DNA of 62,841 nt, taken from the NCBI GenBank assembly GCA_020722185.1, contig DYLH01000007.1:1-62841 (forward strand), given 5' to 3'. Each line of letters opens with the position of its first letter. Position 1 is the first letter of the stretch. The notes under the pieces were generated by a model, which was not told the origin of the DNA, did not search any database, and was given only the letters and a program-made list of their open reading frames with translations. Made by a program: the position numbers and the translations under genes. This document shows positions 28,781-39,361 of the stretch, piece by piece. The DNA is from Candidatus Avelusimicrobium gallicola (lineage in GTDB: Bacteria > Elusimicrobiota > Elusimicrobia > Elusimicrobiales > UBA9959).

Positions 28781-30050
28781 AAAACTTACCTTTGCAATAC
28801 GCCAACTTTCCTCCAACTATTGTCATCACAGTCTTTCCCTTTAATTTCATTCCCTTAAATGGCGAGTTATCTGAAAGTGAGTGAAATGATTTTACTGTCC
28901 ATTCCTTATTTGGGTCAACTATGGCTATATCAGCATCAAAACCGGTCATAAGTTTTCCCTTGTTTTTAATTCTCAAAAGCTTTGCTGGATTAGAAGTCAT
29001 TTTTTCTAAAATTAAAGCTGGGTCCATTTTGTATTTGTGATATAGCTGGTCTATGGACGCCGAAAGAAGTGTTTCAAGACCTATCACGCCAAAGGGGGAA
29101 TTTTCAAGACCAAGAGCTTTTTCTTTCTTTAGATGAGGTGCGTGATCTGTGCATATTATTTGTATATGACCTTTTTTCAAAGCTGACATGATGGCCTGTC
29201 TATCCTCTTCAGTTCTCAAAGGCGGATTCATCTTAAAATTGCTATCTCCTTTTAATAAATTTTTTTCAGTAAATGTAAAATAGTGTGGGCAGGTTTCAGC
29301 AGTTATCCTTTCGCATGAAACTTTTTTTACAAGAGAAATTGTTTCCGCGCAACTTATGTGTTGAATATGTAGAAAACCGCCGGTTTCAATGGCGATTTTT
29401 ATATCCCTCTCAGCAGCCCTGTATTCAAGCTCCTTGCTCTGCCCTTTTAGATTTAGTTTTCTTGAAACCTCTCCGAGATTTATAGGCGCATTCCCAGTTT
29501 CCAATTGGCAATGTGAAAGAATGGGTAGATTTAATTTTGCCGATAATCTCAAAGCTTGTTCCATTATCTCCTTACTATGCACCCACGAGCCATCATCTGT
29601 GAAAGCTCTGGCGCCAAGCCTTGCCGCTTTTTTGAGATTGGCCAGAGATATCCCTAATCTTTTATCGCTTATAGTTGATGAAAAAAATATATTTAAACAG
29701 GTTTCAGCCGCAACTTTTTTCATCAAGGATGCAAGTATCTCCTCATCTGTAGCAGGATTGGTATTGGGCATAGCCAATATTGAAGTCACGCCGCCAGATA
29801 AAGCTGCCTTGGTAATTGAGTGAAAATTTTCAGCTTTTTCATTTCCGGGGATTCTCGTATGCACATGAACATCTATAATTCCAGGCATTACCCACAAACC
29901 ACTGGCGTCTATAATACTCCAATTGGGCTTGGGATTTATTGAAAGATATACTTTCTCTATTTTACCTGAGGATATCAGTATATCTGATTTATTTTTTAGG
30001 CCCGCTGATTGGCTTATCAGAAGACCATTTTTTATCAGTATCTTTTTCAT
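28773..30050 (-). CDS. pyrC: Dihydroorotase (type I)
   Basis: DVHVH, MPNTNP, QHIS, ETCPHY, KMNPPLR, TDHAPH. Confidence 0.95.
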   Translation of the reverse strand: MKKILIKNGLLISQSAGLKNKSDILISSGKIEKVYLSINPKPNWSIIDASGLWVMPGIIDVHVHTRIPGNEKAENFHSITKAALSGGVTSILAMPNTNPATDEEILASLMKKVAAETCLNIFFSSTISDKRLGISLANLKKAARLGARAFTDDGSWVHSKEIMEQALRLSAKLNLPILSHCQLETGNAPINLGEVSRKLNLKGQSKELEYRAAERDIKIAIETGGFLHIQHISCAETISLVKKVSCERITAETCPHYFTFTEKNLLKGDSNFKMNPPLRTEEDRQAIMSALKKGHIQIICTDHAPHLKKEKALGLENSPFGVIGLETLLSASIDQLYHKYKMDPALILEKMTSNPAKLLRIKNKGKLMTGFDADIAIVDPNKEWTVKSFHSLSDNSPFKGMKLKGKTVMTIVGGKLAYCKGKFYV

Positions 30051-30648
30051 TTATGTTTACAGTAAATTCTTCAGAAAAGCTCAAAGTAGGATGCTCACCA
30101 AAAGAATTTGACGCTTCTTTGTAAAAAAACAATTGGAAAGCCGACATAAAAAGCAATATAGCCTTTATTTTGCCTCTGTTTTCAGTTTTTGAAAAAGGCA
30201 GTATATAGAACATAGAATATATTATGCCCGGCAAAGATATAAACAAATGGGATATAATCTGTCCATGTCTCTCCTCTCCACTCATCTTGTATGATATAGC
30301 AAGCAAGGAGAGGAAAAAGATAAGAATAAAATAATGCTTTATTTTTTCCCATTCTTTGTTGATTTTTTCAGATATAAATGACGACATTGCTAGACAATAG
30401 AGAATGAGTATGGGAGCCATTAAATGTATTAGAGGGGATCTGTTCTTTAACCTTTCTATAAAATTAGGACGGCCATAAAATACGATCGCTATTGTGGATA
30501 GTACAGCGACAAGAAAAAAGGCTAGAGGCTCAAATTTTTTTATTTTTGAATTGGCATTGTATATTTTGGCTATTTCGCATATGGCTAGAAAGGCCAAAAG
30601 AACTCCACAAAGAACATGTATTGTTATTGAAGCGGCAGTTAAATTCAT
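29989..30648 (-). CDS. Hypothetical polytopic membrane protein (about 6 TM, several intramembrane His)
   Basis: Alternating hydrophobic segments; start refined to 30648 after GGAG. Confidence 0.6.
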   Translation of the reverse strand: MNLTAASITIHVLCGVLLAFLAICEIAKIYNANSKIKKFEPLAFFLVAVLSTIAIVFYGRPNFIERLKNRSPLIHLMAPILILYCLAMSSFISEKINKEWEKIKHYFILIFFLSLLAISYKMSGEERHGQIISHLFISLPGIIYSMFYILPFSKTENRGKIKAILLFMSAFQLFFYKEASNSFGEHPTLSFSEEFTVNINEKDTDKKWSSDKPISGPKK

Positions 30649-31016
30649 TTTCTCCCCTTTTTTCTTTTTTCTCTTAGATAGAAATATAGGACTGAAAGTA
30701 TAAAAAACCACATAATCAGGTATTGTGGATTTTCAATTGTCTTTTTTTTCTCTTCCTCTTTAGCTAAATCTTTTCCTGAATTTTGATCAATAGCGCTCTC
30801 ATTTTTAGATGTTTCTTCTTTTTGAATTTGTGGAGGTTTCTTTCCCTGATATTTAGTGTCTTTTGACCTTGTAGATTTCGGCGCCGACAAAGCCGCTTCA
30901 AGAGGATTTTGCGCCACGCCGCAACCGTCTTTTTTAGAGCACAAATCCTGAGCAGAGAGCGAACTAGTCAAAGCGGAAAAAGCGAAACTTAAAAGAATCA
31001 ATAAAAGGATTTTCAT
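30645..31016 (-). CDS. Small exported protein with a Cys pair, charged linker and C-terminal TM plus basic tail
   Basis: Signal peptide MKILLLILLSFAFSA; CSKKDGC; ENPQYLIMWFFILSVLYFYLREKRKKGRK; AGGAG SD. Confidence 0.65.
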   Translation of the reverse strand: MKILLLILLSFAFSALTSSLSAQDLCSKKDGCGVAQNPLEAALSAPKSTRSKDTKYQGKKPPQIQKEETSKNESAIDQNSGKDLAKEEEKKKTIENPQYLIMWFFILSVLYFYLREKRKKGRK

Positions 31017-31056
31017 AATTTCTCCTATTTGCACCTCTTAGCACAAAAAACTTATA

Positions 31057-31224
31057 TTGCTGTAAATTGCATGATTTAGCGCAAGTCTGGCGGCATTAAG
31101 ACAGGCATTGAGCTTTTTATCTTCAACCTCGTCTGACTTATATGCCGACGACAATACTCACATTATATGTTATAAAATTTATTCGCAAAACAAATAGAAC
31201 ATATCCACATAGATATCATTTTTT
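31057..31224 (+). ncRNA. 6S RNA-like structured RNA (ssrS candidate)
   Basis: Long irregular hairpin 31085-31152 (GTC/GAC, CGGCAT/ATGCCG, TAAG/CTTA, CAGGC/GTCTG, TTGAG/TTCAA), central bubble, closing stem 31057-31068 with 31176-31188; G-U pairs favour the + strand. Confidence 0.6.
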
Positions 31225-31256
31225 AAGCGAGACAAGTTTCAAGCAAGATTATTACT

Positions 31257-32996
31257 TTATATGGAGCTTCGGCCAAATTTGCGTACCATATCGTCAAGCG
31301 CAAGTTCTATTATGGTTGGTCTGCCATGAGGGCAGTGTAGGCTGTCTTTGCAGTTTTTGAGATCCTCAATTATTTTCATTGCCGATTTTGAGTCCACTTT
31401 TTCACGGGCTTTTATGGATTTTTTGCATGCCAGTGTTGCTATGGAATTTCTCTTCACATCCTCTGGCGCTTTGTCTGGATCGCCAAGAATTTCTGAAAGG
31501 TATAGAAAAAAATCTTTCAATGCTTCCGGTGTGAAATAGAATATGGACGGAGATGAATATGCTGTTATCAAATTGGGACCAGTTCTGTTTATATCAAAGC
31601 CAGCCTTTGAAAGCCAATCCTTCCATAACATCAGGCTTTCCACCCTTGAAGCTGGCATCTCTATTGCGGCTGGAATAAGCAAATCTTGAACTTGTATAGA
31701 GTCTTTTTCAAAATCTGCCAGATATTTTTCAAAAAGTATTCTTTCCACAGCCGCATGTTGATCCATTATCAAAAGAGATTCTGATGTTTGAAAAAGCAAT
31801 AAACTTTCAAAAATCTGGCCTATAAAAGTTATTGGAGGTTTATACCACTGGGGACCCTTTTCCCCGGAGTAGATATGTTCAAGAAAATCTTCTTGAGCAT
31901 ATTGAGGAAGACTTTGGCTTTCAGTATCTTTGAAAGGAAAAGGATCTCTGGCAATTTCTTCTATTTTATTGGCAGGAATGTAGTCATTTAAAACTTTGAC
32001 CGGAGTTTGATCGGCAAAAATAGTTTTTGAAATAGCGGAATTGACAAGCTCAAAAATTGCTTTGTCATCTTTGAATTTAATTTCTTTTTTTTGAGGATGA
32101 ACATTTACATCTATTTCACTCCCCGGGCCTTTGAGAAACAATACAAAGGCTGGATGCTTTCCATTTCTGACATATTCATACGCCTTATAAACAGCCTGGC
32201 GCACAATATTGCTATCCACTGCTCTGCCATTGACAAAACAGTATTGAGAAGATCTGGAGGAAATGAGAGCGGAAGGATCAAGAGTCCAGCCAGTGAGGGA
32301 AAAGCCTTGCGATTGGGCGATTAGAGGTATCATCTTCTGTGCTGTTTTAGGCATCAAAACTTGTTTCACTGATGAGAAATTGTCTCTGGATGGTTTATAA
32401 GAGAAAATTTGAGAAGAATCTATTTTAAGTGAGAATGAAATTTCTGGTTTTGATAGTATAAATTCTTCCACAACTCTTATGGACGAAGCTTTGATTGAAT
32501 TTTCGCTTTTCAAAAATTTCTTTCTGGCCGGAGTATTGAAGAAAAGATCTCGTATTTCTATGACTGTGCCCTTTACTGGCGGTGCTGGCTTTATTGAGGC
32601 TGAGTTTGGATCTGATCCGCTTCCTTCAAGAGCAAATCCGCTATCGCCATTTCCATCAAATGTCTGTATTTTTAGTTTTGAGACAGAATAAGCTGAATAA
32701 AGAGCCTCACCCCTGAATCCATAACTTGAGAGGGAATATAGGTCCTCACTTGAACTTATTTTGCTTGTGGAGTGCGGAAAAACTGAAAGCTTCAAATCTT
32801 CTTTGTTCATTCCACAGCCATCATCTTTAACCCTGATAAGTTCTTTGCCCGCTTTCAATAGCTCTATCTCTATATTTTTCGCCCCGGCATCTAAAGAATT
32901 TTCTATCAACTCTTTGAGCACAGAAGCGGGGCTTTCGATAACCTCGCCAGCCGCTATCAGCGAGATAACTTCATTTGGCAGGATCTTTATTGGCAT
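31257..32996 (-). CDS. mutL: DNA mismatch repair endonuclease MutL
   Basis: IAAGEVIE, KELIENSLDAGA, DDGCGM, GFRGEAL, DQHAAVERI, ACK, CPHGRP. Confidence 0.97.
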   Translation of the reverse strand: MPIKILPNEVISLIAAGEVIESPASVLKELIENSLDAGAKNIEIELLKAGKELIRVKDDGCGMNKEDLKLSVFPHSTSKISSSEDLYSLSSYGFRGEALYSAYSVSKLKIQTFDGNGDSGFALEGSGSDPNSASIKPAPPVKGTVIEIRDLFFNTPARKKFLKSENSIKASSIRVVEEFILSKPEISFSLKIDSSQIFSYKPSRDNFSSVKQVLMPKTAQKMIPLIAQSQGFSLTGWTLDPSALISSRSSQYCFVNGRAVDSNIVRQAVYKAYEYVRNGKHPAFVLFLKGPGSEIDVNVHPQKKEIKFKDDKAIFELVNSAISKTIFADQTPVKVLNDYIPANKIEEIARDPFPFKDTESQSLPQYAQEDFLEHIYSGEKGPQWYKPPITFIGQIFESLLLFQTSESLLIMDQHAAVERILFEKYLADFEKDSIQVQDLLIPAAIEMPASRVESLMLWKDWLSKAGFDINRTGPNLITAYSSPSIFYFTPEALKDFFLYLSEILGDPDKAPEDVKRNSIATLACKKSIKAREKVDSKSAMKIIEDLKNCKDSLHCPHGRPTIIELALDDMVRKFGRSSI

Positions 32997-33066
32997 AGAT
33001 AAATTCTAACAAATTTAAGACTTTTATGGCTTTTTTAATGTTATAATTTTCTTGAGAGGTGATATT

Positions 33067-34386
33067 ATGGAAAAGACCATAGAAAAAATATTTAATCGCG
33101 CCAAAAATACTGCCTGTGAAGTGATTTTTTTCAAGAACAAAAATTCTCTTACAAGAATAGGTGACAATGAAATATCTCAGAATGTTTTTACAGATAGCGA
33201 ATATGCCGATGTGCGCCTTCAAAAAGATGGGATAAATTTTAAATTTTCACTGAACAAATTCGATGATGAAAGTCTTGATACAGCTTTCAAAAATGCCTTG
33301 CTTTCGTTTAAGTATATGAAGAAAGAAAATAATTTCTTCCCCCTGCTTAAAACACAAGTTAAAATAGATTATAAGAGGCATTATGATGAAGAGACCGCCA
33401 ATCTTTCGCCTGCTTTCAGAGCCGAAAAAGCAAAAAAGATAGTTTCCTATTGCGCCAAAAAAGGCATGACCGCTTATGGGATAATATCAAATGGTTCTTC
33501 TGAAATAATAATCGCAAATACGAATGGAGTTTATCAGAGGACAACTGAGACTTCTCTTAACTATGACATGACTATTAAATATGGACTGGGGTATGGCGCC
33601 GCTTCAGCATATTCCAATAAGTCTGACATCAATTATGAAGAAATAAACGCCCGCGCCATAGAAAAGGCACAAATATCCAAAAATCCATCTGACATAAAGC
33701 CGGGGAAATACACTGTTGTGCTGGAACCTCAGCCAGCCAATGAACTATTGAGCTTTCTTGGATACTATGGTTTTTCTGGATTGGCCTATGTGGAAAAAAG
33801 AAGTTTTGTAAGTGAAGCAATGGGAAAAAAGATTTTTCCAGATTTCATAACACTTACAGACAATGCCATTGACGGAAAAGCCGCTGGCATGCCATTTGAT
33901 TTTGAGGGCTGGCCAAAGGAAAAGGTGGAGTTAATTTCAGAAGGTGTGATAAAAAACATTGTGACAGACAGAAGTATTGCCAAAAAAACTGGCTTTAGAT
34001 ACACTGGACATTCACTGCCTCAGCCAAATTCTAATGGTTCCATAGCAATGAATATTGAAATGAAGGAAGGCAATAAATCTTTGGAAGATATGATAAAAGA
34101 CTGTGAGAAAGGCCTTTTGATAACACAGTTTCACTACACAAATTGCCTGAAACCCAAAGATGTTGAAATGACCGGGATGACAAGAAATGGCACATTTCTA
34201 ATTGAGAATGGCAAAATAAAAAAGGCTGTGAAAAACTTGAGATTTACTCAAAGCGCGATAGAGGCTTTCAAGAATATCAAATGTGTGGGAGACAAGGCTG
34301 AGTTGTTTGGCGGATATTTTGGCAAAAGCGCCTGTCCTGCTCTGACAATAAAAGATTTTAATTTCTCTTCAGGAACTGAATTTTAG
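33067..34386 (+). CDS. pmbA: TldD/PmbA family, PmbA-like (non-catalytic) subunit
   Basis: PGKYTVVLEP, FDFEG, TGMTRNG, NLRFTQS; no HExxH; adjacent to tldD. Confidence 0.8.
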   Translation: MEKTIEKIFNRAKNTACEVIFFKNKNSLTRIGDNEISQNVFTDSEYADVRLQKDGINFKFSLNKFDDESLDTAFKNALLSFKYMKKENNFFPLLKTQVKIDYKRHYDEETANLSPAFRAEKAKKIVSYCAKKGMTAYGIISNGSSEIIIANTNGVYQRTTETSLNYDMTIKYGLGYGAASAYSNKSDINYEEINARAIEKAQISKNPSDIKPGKYTVVLEPQPANELLSFLGYYGFSGLAYVEKRSFVSEAMGKKIFPDFITLTDNAIDGKAAGMPFDFEGWPKEKVELISEGVIKNIVTDRSIAKKTGFRYTGHSLPQPNSNGSIAMNIEMKEGNKSLEDMIKDCEKGLLITQFHYTNCLKPKDVEMTGMTRNGTFLIENGKIKKAVKNLRFTQSAIEAFKNIKCVGDKAELFGGYFGKSACPALTIKDFNFSSGTEF

Positions 34387-34394
34387 GAGGAAAA

Positions 34395-35831
34395 ATGTTT
34401 GACTTTGCTAAAAAAGCTATAGAAATACTTGATTTCAAAAAGGCGCAGTTTGGCGACGTAAGGATAATAGATGAAAGAACGCAATTTCTTTCTGTGAAAA
34501 ACTCCAATATAGGAGATATATCTGATGATATGTCTCTTGGCTTTGGGATTAGAGTCCTCTACAATGGCGGGTGGGGATTTGCTTCCGGGAAAGATATGAC
34601 AATTAAATGCGTTAAAGAGACAGCCATGAAAGCCTTTGAAATTGCCAGAGCTTCCTCTCAGGTAAAGAAAGAGAAGACAAAACTGGCATATGAGCCCGCT
34701 CACAAAGATTTCTGGCAAACTCCATATCTAAAAGATCCGTTTACCGTTTCACTTGAAGATAAACTTAAACTTCTCTTTGCCATAGATAAGGTTCTCACAG
34801 CAGACAAGCGAATAAAAAACGCTTATTCCAGACTTAAGTTCATAAAAACTCATAAATGGTATGCCTCCACAGAAGGAAGCGAAATAGAGCAAGTATTGCT
34901 TTACAGCGGCGGATATTACAGAGCTGTATCTGCTAATTTAAATGAAGTTCAGCAGAGGTCTTTTCCCGGGGAACACTCAGGCGCGCTTGGCATGGGATGG
35001 GAATTGATAGAGGATATGAAAATGCTTGAAAACGCGCAAAAGGTAAGAGATGAGGCCATAGCCCTGCTCTCAGCTCCGCAATGCCCAAGCGATGAAATGG
35101 ACCTCGTCCTTGAAGGCGATCAATTAGCTCTTCAAATTCACGAATCCGTTGGACATGCCACAGAGCTTGATCGCGTTTTAGGTTATGAAGAGTCTTATGC
35201 GGGGTCAAGTTTTGCCACAACTGAAAAACTCGGCAAATTCAAATATGCAAGTAAAATAGTCAATCTTGTCGCAGACGGCACCTTGCCTGGCGGTCTGGCC
35301 ACACAGGGATATGACGATGACGGGGTAAGGTCAAAGAGATGGCATATAGTTAAAAATGGCATACTTTCAGGATATGCCACAAATAGAGAATTTTGCTCTC
35401 GTATAGGAATGAATGAGAGCTGGTCATGCAATAGAGCGGATAGTTTTGCCTCAATACCAATAGTCAGAATACCAAATCTAAGCCTTATGCCCGGTCAGCA
35501 TAGCTATGAGGAACTTATCGGTGGAATTAAAAAAGGCATATTGCTAAACAGCAATAAATCCTGGAGCATAGACCAGAAGAGACTGAATTTTCAGTTTGGT
35601 TGCGAGTCTGGCTGGCTTATAAAAAATGGGAAAATTGCCGGCATGGTGAAAAACCCAGTCTATCAAGGCATAACGCCAGAATTCTGGAATTCCTGCGATG
35701 CCATAGCAGATCATAGGAGCTGGAAGCTCTATGGCGTTTCAAATTGTGGCAAAGGGCAGCCAACACAAATTTCTAGAATGTGCCATGCCTCAAGCCCTGC
35801 GCGCTTTAGAAAAGTAAAGATATGTAAATAA
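34395..35831 (+). CDS. tldD: TldD metalloprotease
   Basis: HESVGHATELDR (HExxGH), GYDDDGV, SWSID, CGKGQP. Confidence 0.9.
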   Translation: MFDFAKKAIEILDFKKAQFGDVRIIDERTQFLSVKNSNIGDISDDMSLGFGIRVLYNGGWGFASGKDMTIKCVKETAMKAFEIARASSQVKKEKTKLAYEPAHKDFWQTPYLKDPFTVSLEDKLKLLFAIDKVLTADKRIKNAYSRLKFIKTHKWYASTEGSEIEQVLLYSGGYYRAVSANLNEVQQRSFPGEHSGALGMGWELIEDMKMLENAQKVRDEAIALLSAPQCPSDEMDLVLEGDQLALQIHESVGHATELDRVLGYEESYAGSSFATTEKLGKFKYASKIVNLVADGTLPGGLATQGYDDDGVRSKRWHIVKNGILSGYATNREFCSRIGMNESWSCNRADSFASIPIVRIPNLSLMPGQHSYEELIGGIKKGILLNSNKSWSIDQKRLNFQFGCESGWLIKNGKIAGMVKNPVYQGITPEFWNSCDAIADHRSWKLYGVSNCGKGQPTQISRMCHASSPARFRKVKICK

Positions 35832-36006
35832 CTTCACGGAAAGTGTGAAAAGTGAAAGAGAATAGAAAATAGAAATTAGGATATTAAGCAATAAATCCGC
35901 AATTATAGGACTCTCTAACTTATCTGTTTTTGCAAGTTTGCTCTCTTTGGCAATAATGCTACTGTGAATGTAGTAACTATAATAGTTAACTTATGCGAAT
36001 TGTTTT

Positions 36007-36672
36007 TTAAAATTCGTCGTGATGATGTTTGACTATTTTTGCTGATACCATATAGATAATATCTTCGGCCACATTTACGCAGTGATCTCCTATTCTTTCC
36101 AGATGTCTTGCCACAAGTATCAGCGCAAGAGAAATAGGCGCTTTTCGTGGTTCCATCATTATATATTTTTCCAGAATCTCTATTACTATTTTATCTCTAA
36201 GTATGTCCACCTTTGAATCGGAAAGAATTACTTTTCTGGCCAGAGTATAGTCTTTATTTGTGAATGACTCTACTGAATTTTTTAGCATTTCGATAACAAT
36301 CTCTCCAAGTTTTGGCAAATCTTCATATGGCTTAAGTGGAGGATATTCATTTACTTCAATAGCTCTCTGAGCTATATCCACAGCCAGATCGCCTATTCTT
36401 TCAAGATCATTGTTCAGTTTTAGGGCGGATAAGACAAATCTTAAGTCTTTGGCGAGAGGGTGATGCCTGAGTATAAGTTCCGAGCATTTTTCGTCTATCA
36501 ATATCTCCATTTCATCTATCATTGCATCTTTCTCTATAACCTTTTTAGCAAGAGATTGATCTCTTGAAAAAAGAGCTTTTAGAGAATTTTGTATTTGTTC
36601 CATTACATGATAACTCATCTTGAGAACAGAGGCTTTTATATCTTCAAGTTCATCTTCAAAATGTCTATACAT
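36007..36672 (-). CDS. phoU: Phosphate signalling protein PhoU
   Basis: DLERIGDLA and LERIGDH repeats; downstream of pstB. Confidence 0.96.
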   Translation of the reverse strand: MYRHFEDELEDIKASVLKMSYHVMEQIQNSLKALFSRDQSLAKKVIEKDAMIDEMEILIDEKCSELILRHHPLAKDLRFVLSALKLNNDLERIGDLAVDIAQRAIEVNEYPPLKPYEDLPKLGEIVIEMLKNSVESFTNKDYTLARKVILSDSKVDILRDKIVIEILEKYIMMEPRKAPISLALILVARHLERIGDHCVNVAEDIIYMVSAKIVKHHHDEF

Positions 36673-36683
36673 TGTTCCTCCGT

Positions 36684-37529
36684 TTATCCAAATCTTCCAG
36701 TTATATAATCTTCAGTTCTTTTATCTGAAGGATTTTCAAAAATCTTTTTTGTCTCATTAAATTCTATCAATTCTCCCATGAGAAAAAAGGCTGTATAGTC
36801 AGAAACCCTCAAAGCTTGTTGCATATTATGTGTAACTATAACTATTGTGTAGTAATTTTTCAATTCAAGTATCAATTCTTCTATTTTTGCCGTTGAAATA
36901 GGGTCAAGACTTGCGCATGGTTCATCAAATAGTATCACTTCTGGTTCTATAGCTATGCATCGGGCTATGCAAAGGCGCTGTTGTTGCCCCCCAGATAGGC
37001 CAAGCGCGCTTTCATTTATTCTATTTTTAATTTCCTCATATAGAGCGGCTCTTTTTAGCGATTTTATCACTTTTTCCTCTATTTTATGTTTATCTTTGAC
37101 ACCATTTATTTTTAAGCCATAGGCAATATTCTCTATTATGCTTTTTGGAAAAGGATTTGGTTTTTGAAATACCATTCCAACTTTTTTCCTGAGCTCTACA
37201 GGACTGAAATCTTTAGAAAAAATATCTTTGCCATCAAGTAAAATCTCCCCTTCCACTTTTGAGGAAAGAGTGAAATCACTCATTCTATTTAAAATTCTTA
37301 TAAAAGTCGATTTTCCACATCCCGATGGGCCTATTATAGCTGTTACTTTTTTTTCATATATATCGAGGCTTATATTTTTCAAAGCTTGCTTTTCTCCATA
37401 GCTGAAATTCAGATTTCTCACTTTTATTCTGGCTTTTTGGGATGGATCTAAAATGACTTTTTCCATAGCGTTTTTTACTGAAGTGTAGCTGAAATTATGT
37501 TCTTTTTTTTCAGTGTCCAGTTTTAGCAT
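36684..37529 (-). CDS. pstB: Phosphate ABC transporter ATPase
   Basis: [40 protein letters not shown]. Confidence 0.98.
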   Translation of the reverse strand: MLKLDTEKKEHNFSYTSVKNAMEKVILDPSQKARIKVRNLNFSYGEKQALKNISLDIYEKKVTAIIGPSGCGKSTFIRILNRMSDFTLSSKVEGEILLDGKDIFSKDFSPVELRKKVGMVFQKPNPFPKSIIENIAYGLKINGVKDKHKIEEKVIKSLKRAALYEEIKNRINESALGLSGGQQQRLCIARCIAIEPEVILFDEPCASLDPISTAKIEELILELKNYYTIVIVTHNMQQALRVSDYTAFFLMGELIEFNETKKIFENPSDKRTEDYITGRFG

Positions 37530-38433
37530 ATAAACTCCTTTGTTTTTGTCTTATAAATATCGCAGAAATAGATATGATGATAACCAGAAAAAGCAACACA
37601 AGGGCACAGCCATAGGCTATTGGTATTTGTTGCTGTGGTGAGGTGCCCTCTGTTATAAGCGCGTATATGTGGTATGGCAAAGCCATAACTTCGGAAAAAA
37701 TAGATTTTGGAAGCTCTCTGGAATAAAAAACTGCCGCAGTGAAAAGTATTGGCGCTGTTTCTCCGGCAGCTCTTCCTATTCCAAGTATTATGGCCGTCAT
37801 TATTGAAGGAAGAGCTTGCGGAAGAATTATCTTCCATATAGTGGTCCATTTACTGGCTCCCAAAGCCATTGAGGCCTCTCTCATTGATTGTGGTATTGTC
37901 ATAAGGGCTTCTCTTGTTGAGGAGATTATAATCGGAAGTATCACTATGGATAATGTCAATGATCCAGATAAAATAGATATACCAAAGTTGAGTTGTTTTA
38001 CAAATATAGCCAATCCGAAAAGTCCGAAAACTATTGATGGCACGCCAGAGAGATTGTTTATACTTATCCTTATAAGAGTTGAAATAAAACCTTTTGGCCC
38101 ATATTCATTTAAATATATTGCGCAGGCTATCCCCGGTATTGCCGAAAATATTACGCTTAGTGTGACAAGATAAAATGTTCCAAGTATAGCTGGAAATATG
38201 CCTCCACTGGTCATTGAGTTTTCTGGCATTTTAAAAATAAAATCAAGAGAAATTACTCTCGCTCCTTTAAATATAAGAAATCCTATTATCCCCACAAGTA
38301 TAGAGACTGTCAGGAAAAAAGTTAATTTTATCACAGAAAAAGCTATATATTGTTTTATGTCTTTATTTGTTTTACAGAGAGAATTAGTTAGAATTTTAAA
38401 TATTGAAAATTTATAAGTATCTGCATTAATCAT
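37510..38433 (-). CDS. pstA: Phosphate ABC transporter permease PstA
   Basis: [42 protein letters not shown]. Confidence 0.95.
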   Translation of the reverse strand: MINADTYKFSIFKILTNSLCKTNKDIKQYIAFSVIKLTFFLTVSILVGIIGFLIFKGARVISLDFIFKMPENSMTSGGIFPAILGTFYLVTLSVIFSAIPGIACAIYLNEYGPKGFISTLIRISINNLSGVPSIVFGLFGLAIFVKQLNFGISILSGSLTLSIVILPIIISSTREALMTIPQSMREASMALGASKWTTIWKIILPQALPSIMTAIILGIGRAAGETAPILFTAAVFYSRELPKSIFSEVMALPYHIYALITEGTSPQQQIPIAYGCALVLLFLVIIISISAIFIRQKQRSLYAKTGH

Positions 38434-39326
38434 CTTGAGCTTCCCAGTTTTATCCTGTATTTTTTAGATATTTTTTCAGCCAGCATATTCAAAACGAATG
38501 TAATAGCAAAAAGTATTAAAGCTATGGCAAAAAGCGAATAATAATGTAGAGTTTTAAAAGCAGCTTCTCCCATTTCCGCAGCTATAGCTGAAGTCATAGG
38601 CCTTACCGGTTCTAATGCTGAGGTCGGCATGATAGCGGCTCCTCCGCTAAGCATTAAAACAACCATAGTTTCTCCTATGATTCTTCCTGTTCCAAGTATT
38701 ATAGATGTTATTATTCCAGAAGCTGCAGCGGGTATAGTGACATTCATTAAAGTTTCAAATTTATTTGATCCAAGGGCGAAAGCTGCCTCTTTGAAAGATT
38801 TTGGCACATAGTTGAGAGAATCTTCTGAAAGACTGGCTATTATCGGGGCAGACATTATTCCAAGCACTATTCCAGAGGTGATAGCGCAGTATCCGCTTGG
38901 TATGTCAAAATATTTTTGTATGGCGGGAGCTAAAAAAACTATGCCCCAAAAACCATAAACTACAGAAGGGATGCTTGAAAGCAATTCTATGAAAGGCTTT
39001 AAAAAAACTTTTTCTCTCTTTCCAGCCAACTCGCTTATGTAAATTGCGCAAGCTAACCCCAGAGGTATTGAAATCAGCAGGGCTATTACGGTTACAACCA
39101 TGGTGCCCGCCATAAGAGGCAATATCCCAAAATCTGGCGGATCATAGGTCGGGTACCAGTCCTTTGAAAGCAACATTTTAAAAAAACCTATTTCTTTAAA
39201 TGCCGGAATTGCCTCTTTTATTAGAGTGAAAATTATTCCAGCCAAAAAAATTATAGCGGATAAAGAAAGGATAAATAGTGTGTATTCTATCGCTTTTTCT
39301 CTAAAATTTTCACTTTTTATAGACAT
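38430..39326 (-). CDS. pstC: Phosphate ABC transporter permease PstC
   Basis: WYP, FGILPLMAGT, IPSVVYG, GRIIGETM, IAAEMGEA. Confidence 0.95.
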   Translation of the reverse strand: MSIKSENFREKAIEYTLFILSLSAIIFLAGIIFTLIKEAIPAFKEIGFFKMLLSKDWYPTYDPPDFGILPLMAGTMVVTVIALLISIPLGLACAIYISELAGKREKVFLKPFIELLSSIPSVVYGFWGIVFLAPAIQKYFDIPSGYCAITSGIVLGIMSAPIIASLSEDSLNYVPKSFKEAAFALGSNKFETLMNVTIPAAASGIITSIILGTGRIIGETMVVLMLSGGAAIMPTSALEPVRPMTSAIAAEMGEAAFKTLHYYSLFAIALILFAITFVLNMLAEKISKKYRIKLGSSR

Positions 39327-39361
39327 ATTTTTATCTTAAGATCCAAAGACAGTTAATTAGG

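Noticed and set aside
33067-35831. TldD/PmbA pair as part of a RiPP cluster with the radical SAM gene
   Set aside because: They are 12 kb apart, there is no precursor peptide or transporter, and TldD/E pairs are common housekeeping genes.
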